A stretch of DNA of 64,000 nt from Eledone cirrhosa (GCA_964016885.1 OZ024754.1:41230001-41294000); one strand, 5' to 3'; counted from the first letter of the stretch, positions 27,955 to 41,673 are shown. The notes: a model not told the origin generated them from the sequence alone. Made by a program: numbers and translations.

Positions 27955-29671
27955 CCACTGTAAAATGGTCGTGTAGGAGACAGTAAAAAGGCTCCCAGTC
28001 CACACTGTAAGGTGGTCGTGTAGGAGACACAGTAAAAAGGCTCCCAGTCCACACTGTAAGGTGGTCGTGTAGGAGACACAGTAAAAAGGCTCCCAGTCCA
28101 CACTGTAAAGTGGTCGTGTAGAAGACACGGTAAAAAGGCTCCTAGTCCACACTGTAAAGTGGTCGTGTAGGAGACACAGTAAAAAGGCTCCTAGTCCACA
28201 CTGTAAGGTGGTCGTGTAGGAGACACGGTAAAAAGGCTCCCAGTCCACACTGTAAGGTGGTCGTGTAGGAGACACAGTAAAAAGGCTCCCAGTCCACACT
28301 GTAAGGTGGTCGTGTAGGAGACACGGTAAAAAGGCTCCCAGTCCACACTGTAAGGTGGTCGTGTAGGAGACACAGTAAAAAGGCTCCCAGTCCACACTGT
28401 AAGGTGGTCGTGTAGGAGACACAGTAAAAAGGCTCCCAGTCCACACTGTAAAGTGGTCGTGTAGGAGACACAGTAAAAAGGCTCCCAGTCCACACTGTAA
28501 AGTGGTCGTGTAGGAGACACAGTAAAAAGGCTCCCAGTCCACACTGTAAAGTGGTCGTGTAGGAGACACAGTAAAAAGGCTCCCAGTCCACACTGTAAAG
28601 TGGTCGTGTAGGAGACACAGTAAAAAGGCTCCCAGTCCACACTGTAAAGTGGTCGTGTAGGAGACACAGTAAAAAGGCTCCCAGTCCACACTGTAAAGTG
28701 GTCATGTAGGAGACACAGTAAAAAGGCTCCCAGTCCACACTGTAAAGTGGTCGTGTAGGAGACACAGTAAAAAGGCTCCCAGTCCACACTGTAAGGTGGT
28801 CGTGTAGGAGACACAGTAAAAAGGCTCCCAGTCCACACTGTAAAATGGTCGTGTAGGAGACAGTAAAAAGGCTCCCAGTCCACACTGTAAAGTGGTCGTG
28901 TAGGAGACACAGTAAAAAGGCTCCCAGTCCACACTGTAAGGTGGTCGTGTAGGAGACACAGTAAAAAGGCTCCCAGTCCACACTGTAAGGTGGTCGTGTA
29001 GGAGACACAGTAAAAAGGCTCCCAGTCCACACTGTAAAGTGGTCGTGTAGGAGACAGTAAAAAGGCTCCCAGTCCACACTGTAAGGTGGTCATGTAGGAG
29101 ACACAGTAAAAAGGCTCCCAGTCCACACTGTAAAATGGTCGTGTAGGAGACAGTAAAAAGGCTCCCAGTCCACACTGTAAAGTGGTCGTGTAGGAGACAC
29201 AGTAAAAAGGCTCCCAGTCCACACTGTAAGGTGGTCGTGTAGGAGACACAGTAAAAAGGCTCCCAGTCCACACTGTAAAATGGTCGTGTAGGAGACACAG
29301 TAAAAAGGCTCCCAGTCCACACTGTAAAGTGGTCGTGTAGGAGACACAGTAAAAAGGCTCCCAGTCCACACTGTAAGGTGGTCGTGTAGGAGACACAGTA
29401 AAAAGGCTCCCAGTCCACACTGTAAGGTGGTCGTGTAGGAGACACAGTAAAAAGGCTCCCAGTCCACACTGTAAAGTGGTCGTGTAGGAGACACAGTAAA
29501 AAGGCTCCCAGTCCACACTGTAAGGTGGTCGTGTAGGAGACACAGTAAAAAGGCTCCCAGTCCACACTGTAAAGTGGTCATGTAGGAGACACAGTAAAAA
29601 GGCTCCCAGTCCACACTGTAAAGTGGTCATGTAGGAGACACAGTAAAAAGGCTCCCAGTCCACACTGTAAA
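27955..29671. repeat. 49-bp minisatellite (~35 units) inside a family-C element
   Basis: Unit CACACTGTAA(A/G)GTGGTCGTGTAGGAGACACAGTAAAAAGGCTCCCAGTC. Confidence 0.95.
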
Positions 29672-29719
29672 TGTGGTTGGTGTTAGGATTTTATAGCAGA
29701 GCTAACAGTCTCATTATTA

Positions 29720-30150
29720 CTTACATCCTACCAGTTGTGTTATAAGGCCTTGACTGTGTTAATTGGATGACAAGGTCACTTCAAAAGCTCTCTACATTCC
29801 AGAACCACATCATGAGACTTATGACTGGCAAGCGGCTCAGCGACCGTATCTGTATCAGTGAGCTGCTCATCATTACCAAACTTAGACCAATTACATCAAT
29901 TGTCAAGTCAAGAGTACTCAAACTATACGGTCATATAAAAAGATCAACTCGTGGTGTGGGCAGGTTGACTGGATGGAAGGTTGACTGGTAAGAGAAGCAG
30001 AGGCTGGCAGCCAAAACGATGGCTTGATAATGTCAACTTATGGACTGGACTTGATCTTTGAACTCTGCTGTTGGTGATCAAACTTTGTGGAGAGGGATAT
30101 CACATGTTAATGTGCAGTCTGCAACTGGTTGAGTTTAGCATCACAAGAAG
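29720..30150 (+). mobile_element. 5'-truncated RTE-clade LINE with 16-bp TSD
   Basis: Encodes LQKLSTFQNHIMRLMTG..LSDRI..LKLYGHIKR and, after a frameshift, GKRSRGWQPKRWLDNV; AAG tail; flanked by AAC(A/T)GTCTCATTATTA at 29704-29719 and 30151-30166. Confidence 0.82.
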
Positions 30151-30467
30151 AACTGTCTCATTATTAGCCTGGTGTTTGGAACTGAACTGAACAAAGTTTT
30201 TACATAAAATTATGATGGAAGGTTTTCAGATAGATACAAAAACTTTAAAATAGTTTTGTATCATAGAACCTAGGGGCAGCTTAAGGTAGTTTGTTATCTA
30301 AAGTGTTAAAGTTCACATACATGCATTGAATTATACAAAGATAAGGACAAAACTATTTACTAAGCTTGTGTGAAAACAAAATGTCAACTCTAACCCTAAC
30401 TGTTCTTGAGCAGAGTTATATAGAGAAAGAAAAACGAAGTTGTTAACATATTAACTAAGATAGTGAT

Positions 30468-31440
30468 GAAATTACTGTGTACAGTGGTCAGGTGCACTAC
30501 AACTCATCAAAGATGCATGTATAGTACATAGAATAATGTACAAATGTCAGGAAAATTAACAGTGTACGAGTCATGATATACATGTGTGCATGTGTATGGA
30601 GGGGGAATATTAGGTGTAGAATTGGCGAATCTCAGGAAGCATGGAGGTTTTAAAGGATGCAGTGTCTCGACAGCTAACAACTGATGCAGGTAGTTTGTTC
30701 CATGGAGGTTTTAAAGGATGCAGTGTCTCGACAGCTAACAACTGATGCAGGTAGTTTGTTCCATGGAGGTTTTAAAGGATGCAGTGTCTCGACAGCTAAC
30801 AACTGATGCAGGTAGTTTGTTCCATGGAGGTTTTAAAGGATGCAGTGTCTCGACAGCTAACAACTGATGCAGGTAGTTTGTTCCATGGAGGTTTTAAAGG
30901 ATACAGTGTCTCGACAGCTAACAACTGATGCAGGTAGTTTGTTCCATGGAGGTTTTAAAGGATGCAGTGACTCGACAGCTAACAACTGATGCAGGTAGTT
31001 TGTTCCATGGAGGTTTTAAAGGATGCAGTGTCTCGACAGCTAACAACTGATGCAGGTAGTTTGTTCCATGGAGGTTTTAAAGGATGCAGTGTCTTGACAG
31101 CTAACAACTGATGCAGGTAGTTTGTTCCATGGAGGTTTTAAAGGATGCAGTGTCTCGGCAGTTAACAACTGATGCAGGTAGTTTGTTCCATGGAGGTTTT
31201 AAAGGATGCAGTGTCTCGACAGCTAACAACTGATGCAGGTAGTTTGTTCCATGGAGGTTTTAAAGGATGCAGTGTCTTGACAGTTAACAAGTGATGCAGG
31301 TAGTTTGTTCCATGCTTCAGCAACTCTGAGCGTGAAAAAATGTTTCTGAAAGTCATGGGAGCTGTGCTGTTTTCTGACTTTGTAGGCATGCTCACATGTG
31401 TTAGACACATGGAATTCAAAAAAGGTGCCCAGGGTTGTTG
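30468..31440 (-). mobile_element. CR1-type LINE 3' end with an internal 61-bp tandem array (30640-31314, ~11 units)
   Basis: HAYKVRKQHSSHDFQKHFFTLRVAEAWNKLPAS..DTASFK motif of CR1/L2-group C-termini; an unamplified copy lies at 47512-47875. Confidence 0.85.
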
Positions 31441-32659
31441 TTATATATATAAAGATAAGGACAGATAACTATTTACTAAGCTTGTGTGAAAACAAAATCA
31501 AAACTCTAACCCTAACTCTTCTTGAGCAGAGTTATATAGAGAAAGAAAAACGTAGTTGTAAACATATTAACTAAGGTAGTGATAAATGATGTACTTTAAA
31601 AACCAGATTCCATGCTTACATCTCCTGAAATATTCTATTTTCTTAACACTTTTGTGTTAGAAATGTGTTAATGTATTCAAGAAATAAATCATATATTATT
31701 AATTTGACTTTCAAAATGTTTCTAAATACTTGTTTAAAAATCCCATTTTTTATTTTGATTCTGAATAAAAACAACAGGCACACCTTAGTGAAATGTTTGC
31801 AGTTGGCAAGTGAAAGAATTCCAAGAAAAATTTTCAAATTTATGTCAATACACATATACACACATATACATAGACACATATATATACACATACACACATA
31901 TACATACACACATATACATAGACATACACACATATATATATACACATACACACATATATATAGACATACACACATATATATAGACATACACACATATACA
32001 TACACATACACATATATATACACATACACATATATATATACACATACACACATATACATACACATACACACATATATATAGACATACACACATATATATA
32101 TACACATACACACATATATTTATACACATACACACATATACATACACATACATACATATACACACACACATATATACATAGACATACACACATATACATA
32201 CACACATATACACACACATATACATATATACACACACACATACATACACACACACACACACAAACAATTACACAAGAATGGGAAAATAAAATAAGATTTC
32301 AGATTAAATGAAGTGAAGATAATTAAAACTGTATCAAGTTGTTTCCTATAAGACACATTATAAAATATTTCAAGCAGTTTAATTAAAAGAGAATATGCTA
32401 GCTTAAATTCAAAAGAGAAGACAACAACAACAACTACAGCACCATCACCAGTACCGCCACCAACAACTAGAACTATATTTACATTTGACAAACGTAAATG
32501 GTGAATTAAGATTCTCTTAATGCTTGCTTTAATATGTAGGTTAAGAAGTTATCCTATGTTAAGAAGTTATCCTAGAAGAGATACTGAGGAGTTGGTATCA
32601 GGATTTCTTCAGTCACAGACTATTGGCACACACAACTTCCTTGGGCAAGATATAAGAAT

Positions 32660-33048
32660 AATAATGCTTTCTTATATAGGCACAAGGCCAGCAATTTTGG
32701 GGGGAGGGGAAAGTCGATTAAATCGACCCCAGTGGGTGACTGGTGCTTTATTTTACCAACCGTAAAGGGATGTAACCCTATACTGCAAAGCATGGCGACA
32801 GACCCTCTACCAATAATGCCAATCCACCGCCCTTGGAAATAATAATAATAATAATAATAATTGTTTCTACGTTAGGCACAAGGCCAGCAATTACCCAGTG
32901 CATTACTGGTACTTTATTTTATCGACCCCGTAAGGATGAAAGGCAAAGTTAACCTCGGCGGGATTTGAACTCAGAATGGCAAGGGCCGTAACTCTATGCG
33001 TCAAAGCATGGCGTCCGACCCTCTACCAATACTGCCAATCCACCGCCC
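32660..33048 (-). mobile_element. Tandem dimer of SINE family A
   Basis: Two copies separated by (AAT)n. Confidence 0.85.
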
Positions 33049-33547
33049 TTAATGATAACGATTCCATTTATTAGCCACAAGGGCTGACATGTAGGGGACA
33101 ATACAAAGACAGGGACAGTGGGGGTTTACAATAAGGTCGAGTAAAAGTGGACAATGGCAAGACTAATTTAACAATGAAGATATAAAAATATAAAATAATA
33201 ATAATGAAAATTATTGTGTACAGTGCTCAGGTGCACTACAACTCATCAAAGGTGCATGTATAGTACATAGAATAATGTAGAAATGTCAGGAAATATTTTA
33301 TCTATCTGCAAACTAAATCTAAAAATTGATGTGTGACAAATTTGGTGACCTAACCAAAGGGGACATTACCATTGCAGTTGTGTGTGTGTGTGTGTGAGGA
33401 GAAGAAGCATAAGAGAGGAGAGAAAGGAAGGGGAAAATATGAGGGACTGAAAGAGACAGAGTAAGACAATATACAGTATGTATATATATATATGTGTGTG
33501 TGTATATATCTATCTATATATATAGATCTGTGTGTATGTATGTATTG

Positions 33548-33622
33548 GGTCGTCAAGTATGAAATTTGTAGTGAGCCATATGGTCAACTGTTTTTTTTCT
33601 ACAAATTTCATACTTTACGACC
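33548..33622. mobile_element. Tiny TIR element / hairpin within a (TA)n tract
   Basis: 24-bp arms GGTCGTCAAGTATGAAATTTGTAG / CTACAAATTTCATACTTTACGACC, one mismatch. Confidence 0.6.
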
Positions 33623-33671
33623 GTATATATATATAGATATGTATGTATGTATATATATAGGTGTGTATGTA

Positions 33672-33719
<48 letters not shown>

Positions 33720-33760
33720 TGTGTATGTATGTATATATATATATATAAATATATATATAG

Positions 33761-33792
<32 letters not shown>

Positions 33793-33825
33793 GTGTATGT
33801 ATGTATATATAAATATATATATAGA

Positions 33826-33887
<62 letters not shown>

Positions 33888-34422
33888 TACTCTCTGCTGT
33901 CTAAATACAATTGAAAGCTTGCTTCTTAATGATGTGCAGCTATTCTCCATAACATCAAAATAGTTCACCTGCAAGTGGCCGAGCTGCCAAATCGTAGCAT
34001 TTGCACTCGACATTAGCAAGATGTTTGGCAAAGTAAAACATTACCTTTCCTGAACTTCTCTTACTATGGAATCTATCCAAACTTTTCCAAGCTAGCTGCC
34101 AGAATTCCTTACATAGATAGATAACCTATTGCAATCAAGTCTTTTAAACCCACACCCACCCAACCATACCTTACCCCATGTCACCCTAATTCCCTCAAGG
34201 TTCATCAGTGCTAATATCAAGAACTATTGAATTAACTGTAAACTTCAATGTTTCTTTAATTTCCTTCATGTTCCTCATCAATTCCTCACAACCCATTTCT
34301 TGCCTCCAGCTCCTACATCAAATACTATTACCATCCAATTAACACTTGTTCCACATTCTATGGAAACAACAACTAAAAACAATGCAATAATAAATAAATA
34401 AATAAATAAATTGTCGATCGAC

Positions 34423-34629
34423 TTTCGTCAAATCGGACCGAGGAAACAATGTTTCCGTTTGTCTTTCCAATTGCTAATACTATCTATCGGTCGCAACTCC
34501 AGGTAGAAGGAGCAACGTAAAATAAAGTGTCTTGCTCAAGGACATAACACATCGCCCAGTCCAGGAATCGAACTCACAACCTCACGATTGCGAATCCAAT
34601 TCTCTAACCACTCAGCCACACGCCTTCAC
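34423..34629 (-). mobile_element. SINE family B, subfamily with a distinct tail
   Basis: Inverted homolog of 60632-60850. Confidence 0.8.
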
Positions 34630-34794
34630 AAAACGATAGCTTCTTATAGTTGAGGTTTTTAAAATAAAGCTCAAGACTAGAGACTATGTATGTCCTTGAG
34701 CATAGCGGGAGGAGGTGTCATCAGTGGCACAGTCTACATAGCAATGTGGCACTCATAGCTCTCAGAGACACACTCTACATAGCAACCACACTTT

Positions 34795-35553
34795 TATATA
34801 TCTTACAGTTATATAGACAGCACAGTACTTATACACAAAGCACACTCACCATATATATCATACAGTACTTATACACAAACCAGTTATTATATATATCATA
34901 GTCATATAGACAGGACATAGGTTATATACACAGGACAGGTCTTATACACAAACAACAGTTACTATATATATCAAACAGTTATATAGACAAGACAGGTCTT
35001 ATACATAAACAACAGTTATTATATATATCATACAGTTATATAAACAAGACATAGGTTATATACACAGGGCAGGTCTTATACACAAACAAGAGTTACTATA
35101 TATATCATACAGTTATATAGACAAGACAGGTCTTATACACAAACAACAGTTACTATATATATATCATACAGTTATATAGACAAGACATAAGTCTTATACA
35201 CAAACAACAGTTACTATATATGTCATACAGTCATATAGACAAGACAGGTTTTATACACAAACAGTTACTATATATGTCATACAGTTATATAGACAAGACA
35301 GGTCTTATACACAAACAACAGTTACTATATATATCATACAGTTATATAGACAGGACAGGGGTTATATACACAAACCACAGTTACCATATATATATCATAC
35401 AGTTATATAGAGAGGACAGGGGTTATATACACAGGACAGGGGTTATATACACAAACCACAGTTACCATATATATCATCCAGTTATATAGAGAGGACAGGA
35501 GTTATATACACAGGACAGGGGTTATATACACAAACCACAGTTACCATATATAT
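34795..35553. repeat. Degenerate ~50-bp minisatellite
   Basis: Recurring CATACAGTTATATAGACAAGACAGGTCTTATACACAAACAACAGTTACTATATAT. Confidence 0.85.
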
Positions 35554-35566
35554 ATTGCCATATATC

Positions 35567-35733
35567 ATATGGGCGGAGGTAGTGAGAGCAGACCTCAGAT
35601 TGCTGAAACTCACCGAGGAGATGACGAAGGACCGTGACAAGTGGAGAGATGCTGTGCTGATTAGGACCCGTCCCACCCTTGCAAGCAGGGAAAAGTGGAC
35701 GTAAAATGATGATGATGATGATGATGATGATGA
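35567..35733 (+). mobile_element. RTE LINE extreme 3' end with (GAT)n tail
   Basis: WAEVVRADLRLLKLTEEMTKDRDKWRDAV followed by CCCGTCCCACCCTTGCAAGCAGGGAAAAG...(GAT)n. Confidence 0.75.
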
Positions 35734-36057
35734 TATATAACAGCTTGTCAGAATGTCATTGCTTTAGAACAACTGAAGACCTACAAGAGTACAACTAATA
35801 TTTCTATATTTAACAAGTGATGGTGATGGTGGTGTTGGTGGTGGTGGTGATGGTGGTGACGGTGGTGGTTGGAGGAAGGGGGAGAGGAAGGAGAAAACAT
35901 AAAAATAAACAAATAGAAACTAGAAGAGGGGGAAAAAAATGAGATTATGAAAATTAATTGTTTTATTTAATATCTAATTGCTAATAAAATGAATTTTTCA
36001 GTTGAGAAATTTTCAAGCCATACCTTAAGGCGGTCATAGTTGTCATATAAATAGACC

Positions 36058-36134
<77 letters not shown>

Positions 36135-36294
36135 TCACAGACAGACAACGAGGCCGTTGGGGTTGGGGATTGTTAATAAAATATTTTTTATCAGTGAAAA
36201 AATAAAAAATGGATGGAGAATATAAAAATATATAAATATAAAAATATATAGTAGCCAACATCACTAGATTTAATAAAGCTAGGACAATGAGCAA

Positions 36295-36672
36295 GGGTGG
36301 GGTGGTAAGGTGGTGACGGGGGGAGGGAGGGGGACACGGGGGTGGGGTGAAGTGGTGACGGGGGGAGTGGGGTGAGGTGGTGAAAAGGGTGGGGTGAGGT
36401 TATGCCAAGAGTGGGGTGGCGACAGGGTGTGGGAGTGAGGGTGGCGACAGGGTGTGGGGGTGAGGTGGTGACAAGGGGGTAGAGTGAGGGTGGCGACAGG
36501 GTGTGGGGGTGAGGGTGGCGACAGGGTGTGGGGGTGAGGGTGGTGACAAGGGGGTAGGGTGAGGTGGTGACAAGGGGGTAGGGTGAGGTGGTGACAAGGG
36601 GGTAGAGTGAGGGTGGCGACAGGGTGTGGGGGTTAGGTGGTGACAAGGGGGCAGGGTGAGGGTGGGGTGTGG
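36295..36672. repeat. G-rich ~21-24-bp minisatellite
   Basis: GGTGGCGACAGGGTGTGGGGGTGAG and GGTGGTGACAAGGGGGTAGGGTGA variants. Confidence 0.85.
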
Positions 36673-37030
36673 TAGTCTGTCAGCTGATATGAAATGATGT
36701 ACTGTAAGAAGGATATGAAGAAAGTTCACTTGACACACACACAGACATATATACACACACACACATATATATACACACACACATACAGAGACATATACAC
36801 ACACACATACAGAGACACAGATACACACAGATATAAACACACACAGACAGATATACACACAGCCACACACACACAGATATAAACACACACACACAGACAT
36901 ACACACAGAGATACATACACGCATACAGACACACACAGATATATACACACATAGACACACACAGATACACACAGACACACACACATACAGACACACAGAT
37001 ACACAGATATACACATAGACACACATACAG

Positions 37031-37061
<31 letters not shown>

Positions 37062-37777
37062 GATATAGAGATATAATAAGGAAGGATGTACCTCTCTTAT
37101 GATAAAGAATTGGAAACAGGAAGTACCACAGCTGAATATACGGTGAAGGAAGAAGGCGGCGCCAGGAGTACTTTACCTAATATGTTGGGGCCAGGGCAGA
37201 GTTTTAGGGGAAATCTACTTACTGAAGTCCTTATATTATATATGACTGTTTAGGTTGCTGCTTTATCAACTTGGATATATGTTGGGTACCTCATATGAGG
37301 GACATGTTGGGTACCTCAGTAATACATGTTACATGCTGGGTACCTCACTTATATATAGTTCATATTGGGTATCTTATATACAGCTCATGCTGGGTACCTC
37401 ATATATGGTAAATGCTGGGTACCTCATATATGGTAAATGCTGGGTACCTCATATATGGTAAATGCTGGGTACCTTATATAAGGGGCATAGCATCTGTTTG
37501 TCTTTAGCAGTGTCCATTCTGTGGCAAACATTTGGACCAGGCTTCCAGCACTCCCACCTGTCTTGGAGTTTGCGAAAGGTGTCATAAGTATTGTCCTTCT
37601 CTGAGTAATGTGTAACCCACTACAACACCACCCCACCACCACCATCACCAACACAACCCCCACACCACCACAATTACATACTCTAATCAATGACAATAAT
37701 TTAATCTTAAATATTTTCCAAAGCCAAAATTTATTTTGTTTATGGTGCAACAAATTTACATTAGTATTTAATAAAAA

Positions 37778-38375
37778 AAAATATATATACAAATATATAA
37801 TAAAAATATATATAAATATATAATAAAAATATATATATAAATATATAATAAAAATATATATAAATATATAATAAAAATATATATAAATATATAATAAAAA
37901 ATATATATATAAATATATAATAAAAATATATATAAATATCTTATAAAAATATATATATAAATATATAATAAAAATATATATATAAATATATAATAAAAAT
38001 ATATATATAAATATATAATAAAAATATATATATAAATATATAATAAAAATATATATATAAATATATAATAAAAATATATATATAAATATATAATAAAAAT
38101 ATATATATAAATATATAATAAAAATATATATATAAATATATAATAAAAATATATATATAAATATATAATAAAAATATATATATAAATATATAATAAAAAT
38201 ATATATATAAATATATAATAAAAATATATATATAAATATATAATAAAAATATATATATAAATATATAATAAAAATATATATATAAATATATAATAAAAAT
38301 ATATATATAAATATATAATAAAAATATATATATAAATATATAATAAAAATATATATAAATATCTTATAAAAATAT
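37778..38375. repeat. Almost pure A/T 23-25-bp minisatellite
   Basis: TAAATATATAATAAAAATATATATA. Confidence 0.95.
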
Positions 38376-38548
38376 AGACAAATCAATTCTCAAAAATGGA
38401 AAAATAGGATAAAATAAACTAAACTAAACTAAAATAAACTAGAAGTCAGCTGTTATAACTAATCTTAGTGTCAAAATAATTCCAGATAAAACTAAGTTTC
38501 CATTAATTCTTATCAGAAAAAACAAACCATTTAAAGAGAAGTATTCCC

Positions 38549-40391
38549 TCCATACCATCACCTACATGACACCTATACTACATCCATACCATCACCTACC
38601 TCACACCTATACTACATCCATACCATCACCTATACTATACCCATACCATCACCTACCTCACACCTATACTACATCCATACCATCACCTACCTCACACCTA
38701 TACTACATCCATACCATCACCTACCTCACACCTATACTACATCCATACCATCACCTAAACTACATCCATACCATCACCTACCTGACACCTACACTACATC
38801 CATACCATCACCTACCTCACACCTATACTACATCCATACCATCACCTAAACTACATCCATACCATCACCTATACTATACCCATACCATCACCTACCTCAC
38901 ACCTATACTACATCCATACCATCACCTACCTCACACCTATACTACATCCATACCATCACCTAAACTACATCCATACCATCACCTACCTGACACCTACACT
39001 ACATCCATACCATCACCTACCTGACACCTACACTACACCCATACCATCACCTATACTACACCCATACCATCACCTATACTACACCCATACCATCACCTAT
39101 ACTACATCCATACCATCACCTATACTACACCCATACCATCACCTACATGACACCTATACTACATCCATACCATCACCTATACTATACCCATACCATCACC
39201 TACCTGACACCTACACTACACCCATACCATCACCTATACTACACCCATACCATCACCTATACTACATCCATACCATCACCTATACTATACCCATACCATC
39301 ACCTACCTGACACCTACACTACACCCATACCATCACCTATACTACACCCATACCATCACCTATACTACATCCATACCATGACCTATACTATACCCATACC
39401 ATCACCTACCTGACACCTACACTACACCCATACCATCACCTATACTACATCCATACCATCACCTCTACTACACCCATACCATCACCTATACTACACCCAT
39501 ACCATCACCTATACTACACCCATACCATCACCTACCTGACACCTACACTACACCCATACCATCACCTATACTACATCCATACCATCACCTCTACTACACC
39601 CATACCATCACCTCTACTACATCCATACCATCACCCATACCATCACCTATACTACACCCATACCATCACCTATACTACACCCATACCATCACCTATACTA
39701 CATCCATACCATCACCTATACTACATCCATACCATGACCTATACTACACCCATACCATCACCTACCTGACACCTACACTACACCCATACCATCACCTATA
39801 CTACACCCATACCATCACCTATACTACACCCATACCATCACCTATACTACACCCATACCATCACCTATACTACATCCATACCATGACCTATACTACACCC
39901 ATACCATCACCTACCTGACACCTACACTACACCCATACCATCACCTATACTACACCCATACCATCACCTATACTACACCCATACCATGACCTATACTACA
40001 CCCATACCATCACCTACCTGACACCTACACTACACCCATACCATCACCTATACTACATCCATACCATCACCTCTACTACACCCATACCATCACCCATACC
40101 ATCACCTATACTACACCCATACCATCACCTATACTACACCCATACCATCACCTATACTACACCCATACCATCACCTATACTACATCCATACCATCACCTA
40201 TACTACACCCATACCATCACCTACCTGACACCTACACTACACCCATACCATCACCTATACTACACCCATACCATCACCTATACTACACCCATACCATCAC
40301 CTATACTACACCCATACCATCACCTATACTACACCCATACCATCACCTATACTACACCCATACCATCACCTATACTACACCCATACCATCA
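38549..40391. repeat. 23/35-bp compound minisatellite
   Basis: CCATACCATCACCTATACTACA(C/T), with an optional CCTACCTGACA-type insert. Confidence 0.95.
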
Positions 40392-40542
40392 GCCACCCAA
40401 CACCACCAATATAAGTCATGTGGCCAAAACAGTCAGGAAATCTGTCAATGGCTGAGATTTAGTGAAATCATTTGAGTTTGAAGATTATTTATTTATTTTA
40501 ATATTAAATCAACAACAACGACAATAACAACAACAATACAGA

Positions 40543-41188
40543 GGTGGTGGTGGTGGTGGGGAAACATACATGTCTGTGGTGGTGGAGGGGAAACATACAT
40601 GTCTGTGGTGGTGAAACATACATGTCTGTGGTGGTGGTGGGGAAACATACATGTTGGTGGTGGTGGTGGTGGGGAAACATACATGTCTGTGGTGGTGGGG
40701 GTGGTGGGGAAACATACATGTTGTTGGTGGTGGTGGTGGTGGTGGGGAAACATACATGTCTGTGGTGGTGGTGGTGGGGAAACATACATGTTGGTGGTGG
40801 TGGTGGTGGGGAAACATACATGTCTGTGGTGGTGGTGATGGTGGGGAAACATACATGTCTGTGGTGGTGGTGGTGGTGGGGAAACCTACATGTCTGTGAT
40901 GGTGGTGGTGGTGGGGAAACATACATGTCTGTGATGGTGGTGGTGGGGAAACATACATGTTGGTGGGGGTGGTGGTGGTGGTGGTGGGGAAACATACATG
41001 TCGGTGGTGGTGGTGGTGGTGGGGAAACATACATGTCGGTGGGGAAACATACATGTTGGTGGTGGTGGTGGGGAAACATACATGTCTGTGGTGGTGGTGG
41101 TGGGGAAACATACATGTCTGTGGTGGTGGTGGTGGTGGGGAAACATACATGTCTGTGGTGGTGGTGGTGGGGAAACATACATGTCTGT
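40543..41188. repeat. Minisatellite: GGGGAAACATACATGT(CT) core plus variable (GGT)n
   Basis: About 20 cores separated by GGT runs of different lengths. Confidence 0.95.
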
Positions 41189-41396
41189 TGGCTGAGGGGA
41201 GGGGGGGAGAAAATATCTCAACAGTTTCGTAGCTTTTCAAATAAGACAGCAAATAATTTTACTATTGAACAAATATCAAAGAGAGAGAGGGGAGGAGTGG
41301 GAGAGAGAGGGGGAGGGAGAGAGAGGGGGAGGGAGAAAGGGGGAGGGGAGGGACAAAGAAGAAGATGAAGGAGAAAAAGACAATTAAAGAAAGGAA

Positions 41397-41423
41397 AGTA
41401 GTAGTAGCAGTAGTAGTAGTAGT

Positions 41424-41454
<31 letters not shown>

Positions 41455-41642
41455 ATAGTAGTAGTAGTAACAGTAGTAGTAGTAGTAGTAGTAGCAGTAA
41501 CAGTAGTAGTAGTAGTAGTAGTAGTAGTAGCAGTAGTAGTAGTAGTAACAGTAGTAGTAGTAGTAGTAGTAGTAACAGTAGCAGTAGTAGTAGTAGTAAC
41601 AGTAGTAGTAGCAGTAACAGTAGTAGTAGTAGTAGTAGTAAC

Positions 41643-41673
<31 letters not shown>

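Noticed and set aside
19613-29663. Repetitive ORFs of the DWEPFY/LHDHFTVW type
   Set aside because: They arise from a 49-bp unit cycling through all three frames inside a retro-element.
36021-36041. Minus-strand AACTATGACCGCCTTAAGGTA resembling the 28S rRNA R2/I-PpoI site
   Set aside because: Only 21 nt with three mismatches and no flanking rRNA similarity.
37075-37240. GC-richer insert between TA tracts, possibly another Penelope-like piece
   Set aside because: No ribozyme core and no second copy found in the window.
40543-41188. CRISPR-like look: constant repeat with variable spacers
   Set aside because: The spacers are only (GGT)n length variants, the context is eukaryotic, and there are no cas genes.
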